64,000 nt of DNA from Halomonas sp. (GTDB lineage: Bacteria; Pseudomonadota; Gammaproteobacteria; Pseudomonadales; Halomonadaceae): contig JAFIFK010000082.1 of NCBI GenBank assembly GCA_020832045.1, forward strand, positions 27,072 to 91,071. Direction: 5' to 3'. How positions within the stretch are numbered: position 1 is the first letter of the stretch; every line of letters begins with the position of its first letter. Below are positions 23,501 through 30,355 of this stretch, piece by piece. The notes under the pieces are model-generated. The model searched no databases. It was not told where the DNA came from and was given only the letters and a program-made list of their open reading frames with translations. The translations under genes and the position numbers were made by a program.

Positions 23501-26396
23501 TGCGTGGGGTGACCGCTCGGTAAGCACTCGAGGGAACCCACTCCAGCAAGTGCTGATGGCTGACATGGCGTCGCCATAACGTGCGCAGAATTGCGTCAAG
23601 ATGGATATAAGCTTCGTACGGTAGGCAGCTGAGCTGGAAGCCGAGTTGCGCAGTGCGTCCTGCCAATTCATGCGCCATGCAGGCCAGGTGCTGCCCTGGG
23701 GGCCGCTCTGAGGGCTTGTTGAATAGCCCAGGCATCGCTTCGCAGATCATCGGGATCAGCAGCAGTGACACAGCGGCGATGGTCCATATCCAGGCCGTGG
23801 CAGGCTGCGTCCACCCTACTAACAGCAGTGTCGTCAAGGCGATAGGGAAGAGGCTGCGTCGCAAGTTGTCCAGCAGCTTCCAGCGTGACAGCAGCGATAG
23901 GGCATTGGCGGTCTGGCTGCCTGACGTGCTGAGTCCCGTGGGGGGATGTCGACCCAACCAGCCGATGAGTTGCCAGTCGCCGCGTATCCAGCGGTGGCGG
24001 CGTTTAGCATCATCGAGGTAATGGCTCGGATGATCCTCATAGAGAAAAATATCGCTCACCAGGCCGGAGCGGGCATAGCAGCCCTCAAGCAGGTCATGGC
24101 TGAGAATGAGGTTCTCGGGAAAGCGCCTGCCTATCGCGAGTTCGAAGGCATCGACATCGTAAATGCCCTTACCGATATATGAGCCTTCGTCGAACAGATC
24201 CTGATAGACGTTGGAATTGGCCTGGGTATAAGGATCGATGCCTGCCTCGCCACCGAACAGCCTTGCATAGCGCGAACGGTTAGCGCCTTCCAGGCTGGCT
24301 TCGATGCTGGGCTGAAGAATCCCGTGGCCAGCCGTTACCAGACCCGTCAGGGGAGCGTGATGAGGGCGGTTGAGAGGGTGGCTCATGGTGCCTACCAACT
24401 GACGAGCGGTATCGCGGGGGAGCTGAGTGTCACTGTCCAAGGTAATGACATAGGCCACTTCGCGCAGCACCGAGAGATCACCGACAATCAGCGAGAAGCG
24501 CTGTTGGCCGTTGGTCTCCGGTTTGCTGCGTAGTAGGTCGTTGAGATCCGAGAGCTTGCCTCGCTTGCGCTCGTGCCCCATCCAGCGGCATTCCTTAGCG
24601 TTCCAGCGCCGCTCGCGGTGAAATAGGTAGAAGGGTGTCGCTGTACCGCCGAGCTCGCGCCACTGCTTGGCATAGGTGGCATTCAGGCGAGTGATGCCGT
24701 CATGGGCCAGCGTCAGCAGGGCGCCGTCGTCGGGTAGTATGGCCTCCAGTGCGTCGCTGAAATCGGTCAGCAGGGCATGATGTATATGGGCATCCAGGTT
24801 GGCGAGAAAGCGCACTTCGAGAGACTCCAGCAAGCATTCGATGCTTGCCGGGTCCGTCAACAGGGTCGGCGTTACGATCAGAGTACGGCAATCCGAGGAG
24901 ATGCCGTTTTTGATCTCCATGCGTGGTAGTGTGCGTGGCGCCTGTAAAAGTGTCATCAGCCGGTTGGTAAGCGTTACCGCAGCCTGGCTGGAAACCAGCG
25001 GCGTCAGCATGACGATGATTGCCATCCACCATAGCGGGGGGGAGTGAGGGAGGTGCGTCCAGGCAGTCATCAGCAGGCCAGCGCTTATCAGCAGCGTCAA
25101 GCCCCCTATCCCACCGAGATAGAGGGGCAGGCCCTGTTGCTGGAGTACTCTGTTGAGTCGCTGTCGCAGTGAGCGATGCGCCTTGGCCTGTCGAATCAGC
25201 TCAGCCAAGCCGCAGTCGACGAGATAGTAGCCCACATGTCGAGTACGCTTGGAGTCTGAGGCCGATTGGCTGTTTGATTTAGCGAGCCCAAGTGTCAGGG
25301 CCGCCACCTCACTTTCACTAAGTGGAGATTGAGCGGCAAGGTTTTCCACCACATGCCGATAGCGGTCACGGGTGGCAAAGTCCATGCGCGGGTAGATACC
25401 GCTGGGATCGTCGCGCAAGATCTGTTCGACCGCACTCTGTGATTCAACAAAGGCTTGCCAATCGATGGCGGCAATCATTCTGAGGCTACCAATGCTGTTG
25501 CTTACCGAAACCTGGTCGGATGCCTGCTGCTGATTGGCAATCAATACGTGTTGTTCGATGGTGGTGCCAGAATCGGACAACCGTTGCTCTACCCATGACA
25601 ACGGTAGGGAGAGAGCCGGACCGCGTCCCTGCAAACGTCGTGACAGTACGGCCACGAACTCGCTACTCATTAGTGGCTTCGAGCGGGCCATGTCGGCGAC
25701 CTGCAGAATCAGGCTCTTGGGGTCCTGCTCGGCCGTGGCGATCATGCGTTCCGCCCAGGCCTCTGCCAGTAGTCGCTCGCTGAGACCTGCATCAATACGG
25801 TCAGATACCTGACGAAGATTCTCGATTAGCGCCAGACGTAGCATGATGGGGATCGCCCAAAGCTCACCCAGCGTCAGCGTGACGTTACGCTGATAAGCCG
25901 TCACGAAGCGGCTCAAGTTGTCGAAGGCCAGGTGACCGTCGCCGTGAGCGATGGCTTCCATGGCAATGTCGTGAACGCGTGGGCGGCCTGCGGAAGGTCC
26001 GCTTGACAGTCTGGGTAAGGACGCACTGTAGCCAGGGGGCAGATGCCGCTTAGCGGTCAGCATTTGCTCTTCTAGCAGGTGGAAATTGTCCAGCAGTCCT
26101 TCGCCAGCAGGTGAAATACGTTGCTGTTCAGCTACTGCCCCTGTTAACCGATTGCAGCCAGCAACTAGCGCCTGCTCATTGGCACGGAGACGCGGAAGCA
26201 GTTGATCCGGTGCATTTCCTGTCGCTAGGTGATGGCTGTTGGCTAGATCTTCTCCATGCGCCTCCATCTGAGCGGCGCTGAGCAACTCCGCACGAGGGAG
26301 AGAAGATGCCTCGTCGTTAGATACAGGCTGGTGTCGAGTATTAAGCCACTGTCGCAGGCGATGGCCGTGCTCACGGAAGGCGGACAAGAGAGCCAA
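17544..26396 (-). CDS. cgs: Cyclic beta-1,2-glucan synthase (Cgs/ChvB/NdvB type; GT84 + cyclization domain + GH94-like phosphorylase domain)
   Basis: 2950 aa. VITLDSDTQL, SHDLLEG and RRHRWIRGDWQ glycosyltransferase motifs; ESRLSSF...SWSGSMFEYLMP...WGISESAYN middle domain; SGGAFGFRDQLQD and GDWNDG GH94 motifs; internal TM clusters. Start codon uncertain (TTG). Confidence 0.92.
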   Translation of the reverse strand: MALLSAFREHGHRLRQWLNTRHQPVSNDEASSLPRAELLSAAQMEAHGEDLANSHHLATGNAPDQLLPRLRANEQALVAGCNRLTGAVAEQQRISPAGEGLLDNFHLLEEQMLTAKRHLPPGYSASLPRLSSGPSAGRPRVHDIAMEAIAHGDGHLAFDNLSRFVTAYQRNVTLTLGELWAIPIMLRLALIENLRQVSDRIDAGLSERLLAEAWAERMIATAEQDPKSLILQVADMARSKPLMSSEFVAVLSRRLQGRGPALSLPLSWVEQRLSDSGTTIEQHVLIANQQQASDQVSVSNSIGSLRMIAAIDWQAFVESQSAVEQILRDDPSGIYPRMDFATRDRYRHVVENLAAQSPLSESEVAALTLGLAKSNSQSASDSKRTRHVGYYLVDCGLAELIRQAKAHRSLRQRLNRVLQQQGLPLYLGGIGGLTLLISAGLLMTAWTHLPHSPPLWWMAIIVMLTPLVSSQAAVTLTNRLMTLLQAPRTLPRMEIKNGISSDCRTLIVTPTLLTDPASIECLLESLEVRFLANLDAHIHHALLTDFSDALEAILPDDGALLTLAHDGITRLNATYAKQWRELGGTATPFYLFHRERRWNAKECRWMGHERKRGKLSDLNDLLRSKPETNGQQRFSLIVGDLSVLREVAYVITLDSDTQLPRDTARQLVGTMSHPLNRPHHAPLTGLVTAGHGILQPSIEASLEGANRSRYARLFGGEAGIDPYTQANSNVYQDLFDEGSYIGKGIYDVDAFELAIGRRFPENLILSHDLLEGCYARSGLVSDIFLYEDHPSHYLDDAKRRHRWIRGDWQLIGWLGRHPPTGLSTSGSQTANALSLLSRWKLLDNLRRSLFPIALTTLLLVGWTQPATAWIWTIAAVSLLLIPMICEAMPGLFNKPSERPPGQHLACMAHELAGRTAQLGFQLSCLPYEAYIHLDAILRTLWRRHVSHQHLLEWVPSSAYRAVTPRNGIKGLYEMFKQMWVAPALSGGVTLLLTFHQPLALFAAAPFLVLWSIAPGVAWWLSQPKTVHPWPLDAVQTRFLQHLARRTWAFFEQTLNAEDHWLPPDNIQAYRQIELAHRTSPTNIGMALLANLAAYDFGYLSAKGLMTRSQQTLDTLAILPRYRGHFYNWYDTQSLKPLPPHYVSSVDSGNLSGHLLTLSRGLLEVADAPILPQRCWEGLRDTLSVIEECGGDTVRAPLDAYRHVLLTSCPTQQDPLTAWHHALTRLCGAGALLADALSPLATTVQPEVGAQPQSPLLEENAHQWAQSLIQQTQAMLAELDELAPWLTQPSMLDDSSFGKDVAALAMPTLRDVARLDALLPAPPQHSMADTPTDPLRAAIDQAKGQAQQRIATLEQLAATCIDFAQVEYGFLFDRTKHLLAIGYNVTEERLDSGYYDLLASESRLSSFVGIALGQLPKESWFSLGRLLTRAGGKPVLLSWSGSMFEYLMPMLVMPTYPNTLLDQTSHAAIARQIDYGKQRGVPWGISESAYNTVDAKLNYQYRAFGAPGLGLKRGLAEDLVIAPYASVMALMIAPTAACQNLQRLAHEGVMGKFGLFEAVDYSPARQRRGSHKTLVRSFMAHHQGMSLLALAYLLLDQPMQRRFCADRHVQAALLLLQERIPRASALFTHVARLADVSTASDRSDPPIRVFDSADSPTPAVQLLSNGRYHVMVTNAGGGYSRWRDLAVTRWREDPTRDHYGTFCYLRDLDSGHYWSNAFQPTLTPSTHYQAIFAEGRAEYRRRDNLGNGELETYTEIAVSPEDDIELRRIRLTNHTAKRREIEVTSYSEVVIAPAVTDAMHPAFSNLFVQTEIIAPHSAILCHRRSQAPEESSAWMFQLLVVRDIPSPAASYETDRLAFIGRCRDASSPSAMDLPGDLSGHAGAVLDPITAIRRCLSIEPHHAVTLDLVTGVAGSRTEAECLIAKYQDRHLSDRVFELTWTHRQVVLEQLDASEADAQLHARLASAVIYAHPALRAEPAIVAANRRGQSALWSYAISGDLPIVLLRVGSSASLALVRQLIQAHAHWRLQGLAVDLVIWNEEYAVYRQQLQEQILGLIASGSGASQIDRPGGIFVRPLEHIADEDRLMFQAVARAIIIDSHGSLEEQLDQRQRHDARPPALALKNNRRPTPVLAPSASEELILSNPLGGFSADGQEYVIQLSPGQRTPAPWVNVIANPDFGCVISESGGSYTWGVNAHENRLTPWHNDPVSDTCGEAIYLRDEENGHLWSPTPLPVHSDSHYLVRHGFGYSVFESEQDGISTQLWVYVALDASIKFSVLKIHNRSARARHLAVTGYVEWVLGDLPTKSAMHVTTEVAAASGALLARNVFHRELSEQVAFFDVDDPTRTLSGDRQEFIGRNGSMQRPAALERTHLSGTVGAGIDPCAALQIKLSLAPDENRDVIFRLGVGSNSEQAKALIQRYRLTGAASQALDNVKAHWRHTLGALQIETPDPALNVMANGWLLYQTLACRLWARSGYYQSGGAFGFRDQLQDCMALAHAMPERLRDQLLLSASRQFREGDVQHWWHPPQGRGVRTRCSDDYLWLPLALCRYVRLTDDVDVLDTPVAFLEGRAVGEDDEAYYDLPSRTLGEASLYQHALLALRHGLRLGEHGLPLMGSGDWNDGMNRVGIKGRGESVWLGFFLCQVLEEFSQLADRYGDADTAESCRTSRRTLSTSLNLNAWDGDWYRRAYFDDGTPLGTAAGSECRIDSISQSWAVLSGAGDPQRAERAMEAVFTHLVHPKSQLVQLLTPPFNKATPSPGYIRDYVPGVRENGGQYTHAAIWAAMAYARLGQRERAWQLTDMLNPINHSRSDADMARYRLEPYVMAADIYSAPPHVGRGGWSWYTGSAGWMYRLISESLLGLHQAGNTLTITPCLPAAWPHVRLHYRYHGTTYCITIRQAVDPAKHPPVTHVDGVLQASTVITLRDDGQGHYVEIQLGLHERDNEKRPNLSG

Positions 26397-26405
26397 GGCG
26401 AGCGC

Positions 26406-26480
26406 CTAGCGCAAGCCGAGGACAGACAGTACCACCAGCACGATGACTACCGCGCCGACGATCCATACGATATTGTTCAT
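26406..26480 (-). CDS. 24-aa hydrophobic micropeptide (MNNIVWIVGAVVIVLVVLSVLGLR)
   Basis: Manual translation; AGGTGG RBS upstream; a single TM helix; ends 9 bp before the cgs start. Confidence 0.75.
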   Translation of the reverse strand: MNNIVWIVGAVVIVLVVLSVLGLR

Positions 26481-26571
26481 GTGATCCACCTATGTCAGCT
26501 GGGCCTGCTTTGCATCCCATAGGGATGCGGCAGACGGTGACGGAATAATAGATTGCGAGAGGGATTCCATC

Positions 26572-26587
26572 GGTGTGCTAGCCAACC
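26572..26587 (-). promoter_or_regulatory. Candidate Crp-family box A (GGTTGGCTAGCACACC) with -10 TATTAT at 26545-26550
   Basis: Exactly 21 nt between box and hexamer; upstream of micropeptide 26406-26480 and cgs. Confidence 0.6.
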
Positions 26588-26601
26588 CACAACAGATTGA
26601 A

Positions 26602-26676
26602 TTAGCGATTGGCGAACAACATCAGAGCGATGAAGAGGAGGATGATGGCAACCGAGATCGCTGCATTCTTGAGCAT
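26602..26676 (-). CDS. 24-aa hydrophobic micropeptide (MLKNAAISVAIILLFIALMLFANR)
   Basis: Manual translation; GGAGG RBS 11 nt upstream; a single TM helix with basic ends. Confidence 0.65.
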   Translation of the reverse strand: MLKNAAISVAIILLFIALMLFANR

Positions 26677-26814
26677 CAGGAAGATCGCCTCCAATCTGCC
26701 GATACGCGTTCTATGGGGTGGCGCCCCCTCCTTGCGGCGCGCAGTGCAACTTACCTGTATAGGCACTTCCTTCGCCACACCTGGAGAATGTTATACGGTA
26801 GGGCATATGAAAAC

Positions 26815-26830
26815 TGTGCGCTACCGAACG
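26815..26830 (-). promoter_or_regulatory. Candidate Crp-family box B (CGTTCGGTAGCGCACA) with -10 TAACAT at 26788-26793
   Basis: 21-nt spacing; upstream of micropeptide 26602-26676. Confidence 0.68.
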
Positions 26831-26872
26831 TTGAGGGGTGCCGGTCTGGTATTTCCTTCCAACTACCATGGT

Positions 26873-27418
26873 TTAGAAGTTGTAGCCCAGACCCACCGTG
26901 TAGGCCCAAGCCCCGTCATCCTGGAACGCATCTGAAGCATCGCTGGTACTGCTGAAGAAGAATTGATACTCGACGCGGGCGAGGAAATAGGTGTTTGTCT
27001 GTACGTAATGCTTTATGCCTGTTTCCAGACCGGCGAAGGCGCTGTCCTTGACGCCGTCGCCGTAGATGCCGCCGAGGCTGCCGCCAACGAAGGGACGCGT
27101 GTTATCTTCTAGAAACTGATAGTTAAAATAACCACGTGTCGAGCCGTTCCAGAAGTCGTCCTTGATACTTTCGCCCTCGATACTGGCGTAATTGATGCTT
27201 TGGCGGACGCCGGCAACTGTATTGTCTCGCAAGTACCAGCCCAGGTCCCCGGTCACGCCAAAGCTGCCACTATCGAAGTTCCGGTCACTGCTGCCTGTCC
27301 CGGAAAGGGAGAACTCTCGGTCGCCCTCTTGTGGGCCGAACGTTGCTGTTTGGGCAAATGCTGCCATGGGGAGTGCGCTGAGAAGCAGGGTGATTGCCGG
27401 TGCAATAAATTTGCTCAT
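26873..27418 (-). CDS. Small outer-membrane beta-barrel protein (OmpA/OmpW-like, about 8 strands)
   Basis: Sec signal peptide (...PMAAFA), alternating aromatic/Gly strands, C-terminal GLGYNF BAM signal. Confidence 0.8.
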   Translation of the reverse strand: MSKFIAPAITLLLSALPMAAFAQTATFGPQEGDREFSLSGTGSSDRNFDSGSFGVTGDLGWYLRDNTVAGVRQSINYASIEGESIKDDFWNGSTRGYFNYQFLEDNTRPFVGGSLGGIYGDGVKDSAFAGLETGIKHYVQTNTYFLARVEYQFFFSSTSDASDAFQDDGAWAYTVGLGYNF

Positions 27419-27672
27419 GATATATGTCCTTTTATGATTTAATTAGGTGCCCTTGTATAAGCGTAGATTTATGCTGTTGATTACTCGACGCGACAGTTCT
27501 CAAGAGGAGAAAAGGTGTCGTGTGCCAAATGCGCTCGGCATATCGGAAGAATTGTAGGTGCGGGCTTCGGATTGCGTCCGCGTATTGGTTGGAATTGTTT
27601 CCCTAGAGCGGGGCCGATAATATTTAGATTTCTGTGTCTTTTAGAGTTTTACTCGCCAGACCAGGCGGCATC

Positions 27673-27688
27673 TGTGCGTCAACCCACG
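27673..27688 (-). promoter_or_regulatory. Candidate Crp-family box C (CGTGGGTTGACGCACA), weak -10 TAAAAC at 27646-27651
   Basis: One good half-site, 21-nt spacing to an AT-rich hexamer; about 255 nt upstream of the beta-barrel gene. Confidence 0.42.
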
Positions 27689-27877
27689 TAAGCGCCACTA
27701 ATATGGAAGGCTGTGGCAGCTCTTTCTTTCGTCAACGACGGCGCGTCAGCGACGAGCACAGCAAACCAGCCACAAAGGCGATGCCAAAGGAAGTCTTTAC
27801 TCACTGAGTAACGCATGGTTGCTCGAGGGAGGCTGGATGACAGGAGGCGCTTCCGTATGGCAGCGCCAGCGGGGGAT

Positions 27878-28120
27878 TCATGAGTTTGCCTCTGGGGCGA
27901 TGGCGTTTATGTCTTGGCTCATCACGTCGTCGTCGCCTTTGGCGGCGCTCACACTTTCGTCTATTTCTTCGCTGACATGGGCTACAAGTAATGCTTCAGG
28001 CAAGCGTGGGGGGGTGAAGGGAAAGCCGTGCTGCTGTTCGCCTGGCTCACGCTCGGGCAGGGGAGTGAATTTCTCATAGACAGGCGCGTGAGGAATGCTC
28101 GGCTGGATCGGGAGTGGCAT
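27878..28120 (-). CDS. Hypothetical 80-aa Pro-rich/acidic protein
   Basis: GAGG RBS before ATG 28120 (MPLPIQPSIPHAPVYEKF...); preceded by box D. Confidence 0.5.
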   Translation of the reverse strand: MPLPIQPSIPHAPVYEKFTPLPEREPGEQQHGFPFTPPRLPEALLVAHVSEEIDESVSAAKGDDDVMSQDINAIAPEANS

Positions 28121-28202
28121 GGTGACCTCGTATCGCTGTCCGTACTTCACGATGCTGTGAAGTATCGGTAGCACTACTATGGTGGATTGCCAGGTCGCCG
28201 TC

Positions 28203-28218
28203 GGTGCGCTAACAAACT
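28203..28218 (-). promoter_or_regulatory. Candidate Crp-family box D (AGTTTGTTAGCGCACC) with -10 CATAGT at 28176-28181
   Basis: 21-nt spacing; upstream of the 80-aa ORF. Confidence 0.55.
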
Positions 28219-28276
28219 TACTCCGCCATGGGTGGGATGGCGATGGAAGAACGTCAGTAGATCGTTATCGACCGCC

Positions 28277-30037
28277 TCATGAATAGTTGGGCAGCATATC
28301 CACCGTGAAGAATTGATAGCCGTTGCACCCTTGGCGCTTGGTGTGGTACATGGCGGTATCTGCACGATGCATCAGGTCATCCGGCGTAGTGCCACTGTCG
28401 GGGTAAAGACTGATGCCTAGGCTGGCGGTGATATTGATCATATGGTCCTTCGCTTTGTGTGGTGGCAGCAAAGCGAAAAGTATGGCTTCTGCTACCTGGC
28501 GGACATCGTCAAGGCCATGAATATCGGTCAATAAAATTACGAATTCGTCACCGCCAAGCCGGCTGACCGTATCGGTATCACGCACGCAGCTTTTCAATCG
28601 ACCGGCAATGGACTTTAACAATGCGTCTCCGGCAGCATGTCCCAGGCGATCATTGATAGCCTTGAAGCCATCGAGGTCGACGAATAACAGCGCTACCTGG
28701 AGTCGATGCCGCTGGGCAAGGCCGATAGCGCGTGACAGGCGCTCTTCAAGCAGCATTCGATTGGGAAGGTCGGTCAAGGCATCATGCTGTGCCAGGTGAT
28801 ACATTCGCCTTGCGACGGCAGGTGACTGATTGGCGTGATGAAAAACGATGACCGTACCTGTGACATGACCGTCTCGATCATGAATCGGTGCCGCAGAATG
28901 CTCGATTGGCAACTCGCATCCACCGTTACCAATCAACATTGCTCCCATCGACAGGCCGACGACACGGTTTTCTTCAATAGCCAGCCTAGCGGGGTCGGTG
29001 GCCGTTTGGCGTGATTTGGCATCGATGATACGAAAGACGTCGGTAATCATCCTGCCGTGGGCGCTATCTTGGGACCACCCCGTCATTTCCTCGGCAACCC
29101 GGTTGAGATAGGTCACTCGACATCCAGTGTCGGTCGAGATGACCCCATCGCCGATTGTGCTCAGCGTGACCTGGGCGCGTGCCCTCTCGATATAGAGGGC
29201 CTCTTCCGTAGCGCTCAGCATATGGTCGCCATGCTTACGGGGAGTGATGTCTTCGATCGTATGGACGTAGCCCCGTGCTTCAGGCAGGCGAGCTGCATTG
29301 ATGTTGACCCAGACGATGCTGGTGTCGGGACGGACCATACGGGCCTCGATTTGGCAGGTGGTGCTGGTATCGAGAGCCCTTTTCCATTCCTGGATGACGC
29401 GGGGGCGATCATCTGCATGCAGAGGGGCCGTCCAGTGTTGATGCCACCAGAGCACCTCCGGCTGACCGCTGATATGACGGTAGCTGGCATTGCTGTAGCG
29501 GACGTTGCCGTACATGTCGGTTGTGAGGATGCCAATCGGCAGACTGTCACCCATGCCGGTGAGGAAGGGATCAAGGGATGAGAGCTTTCCCTGGGCATGG
29601 TGCAACGCCGTATCGAGCAGGTGCGGCAGCCAGTAAGCGTCGAGACGAGCTAACGTGAAGGTGTCATGGGCACCATGGCGGCGGATTTCCTCTTGTGAAG
29701 GACCGTTATCGCTACCGGCAAGGCCAATGCGAAGAGCTCTCGGTGCGACGATGGCGAGCTGCGCAAGAGCGGCGCGCCAGGGTATTTCAGGCAAGGTAAG
29801 GTCGCAAAGCACTATCGTGAATCGTTTATGTGAAAGCAGATGCAACGCCTGCCGTAGGTCGTTCGCTCGGGTAGTACTGTAATCTTTGTTGGCCCCCCGC
29901 AGAAAAGTCTCCAGGCTAGCCATCTCAGGTGTGCTGGGGCCAATCACCAGCACCTCGATAGAAGGCGGCTGCTGAGCAGTGTCTTGCGCATCGTAGGGTA
30001 GGTCGAGTTTCGGTTTTATCGTCATTGCTCGGCGCAT
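28277..30037 (-). CDS. Diguanylate cyclase: degenerate REC + PAS + PAS + GGDEF
   Basis: VLCDLTLPE receiver-like segment, two PAS-like repeats, AQHDALTDLPNR, RDTD I-site, SRLGGDEF; GGAG RBS. Confidence 0.9.
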   Translation of the reverse strand: MRRAMTIKPKLDLPYDAQDTAQQPPSIEVLVIGPSTPEMASLETFLRGANKDYSTTRANDLRQALHLLSHKRFTIVLCDLTLPEIPWRAALAQLAIVAPRALRIGLAGSDNGPSQEEIRRHGAHDTFTLARLDAYWLPHLLDTALHHAQGKLSSLDPFLTGMGDSLPIGILTTDMYGNVRYSNASYRHISGQPEVLWWHQHWTAPLHADDRPRVIQEWKRALDTSTTCQIEARMVRPDTSIVWVNINAARLPEARGYVHTIEDITPRKHGDHMLSATEEALYIERARAQVTLSTIGDGVISTDTGCRVTYLNRVAEEMTGWSQDSAHGRMITDVFRIIDAKSRQTATDPARLAIEENRVVGLSMGAMLIGNGGCELPIEHSAAPIHDRDGHVTGTVIVFHHANQSPAVARRMYHLAQHDALTDLPNRMLLEERLSRAIGLAQRHRLQVALLFVDLDGFKAINDRLGHAAGDALLKSIAGRLKSCVRDTDTVSRLGGDEFVILLTDIHGLDDVRQVAEAILFALLPPHKAKDHMINITASLGISLYPDSGTTPDDLMHRADTAMYHTKRQGCNGYQFFTVDMLPNYS

Positions 30038-30131
30038 AGCTCACTCCATGAGTGCTACGTCAGCGTTAGACAAAGAGCCGTCGGGCTTGTACTCACCCCA
30101 GGCAAGGCTAACCAAGTCATCTATTGCGCTC

Positions 30132-30147
30132 TGTGCGTTAGCGTACA
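30132..30147. promoter_or_regulatory. Candidate Crp-family box E (TGTGCGTTAGCGTACA) shared by divergent promoters
   Basis: Near-perfect palindrome. Minus-strand -10 TAGCCT at 30105-30110 (21-nt gap, toward the DGC); plus-strand CTATACT at 30167-30173 (20-nt gap to TATACT, toward crp1). Confidence 0.75.
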
Positions 30148-30355
30148 GAGAATGTCGTCAACCCCCCTATACTGGTAGGCGCATGTTTCCATCGGTGTCG
30201 CTCGGTTGGAGTCTCCCTCGAAGGGGAGTTGCGTTGGGGCGGCACGGCTTCGACGTACTGCTACCCTCAGCATAAAGGCAGGATGAAGGCGTTATCCGTT
30301 TGGTGGCGCACATAGTCGTGACTAAGCTCCCCATGCTGGCGTACAAGGAGGCGGG

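Noticed and set aside
27528-27543. Possible seventh Crp box (half-site AGCGCATT)
   Set aside because: Only one half-site, and the hexamer at 21 nt (CTCTTG) is not -10-like.
27515-27691. GAGGAG-preceded GTG ORF (MSCAKCARHIG..., about 58 aa) on the plus strand
   Set aside because: Lies across the beta-barrel promoter region, has no matching box/-10, and has a random-looking composition.
27819-28079. Plus-strand 86-aa ORF with GGAGG
   Set aside because: Overlaps the minus-strand 80-aa ORF, which has promoter support; Ser-rich shadow-like sequence.
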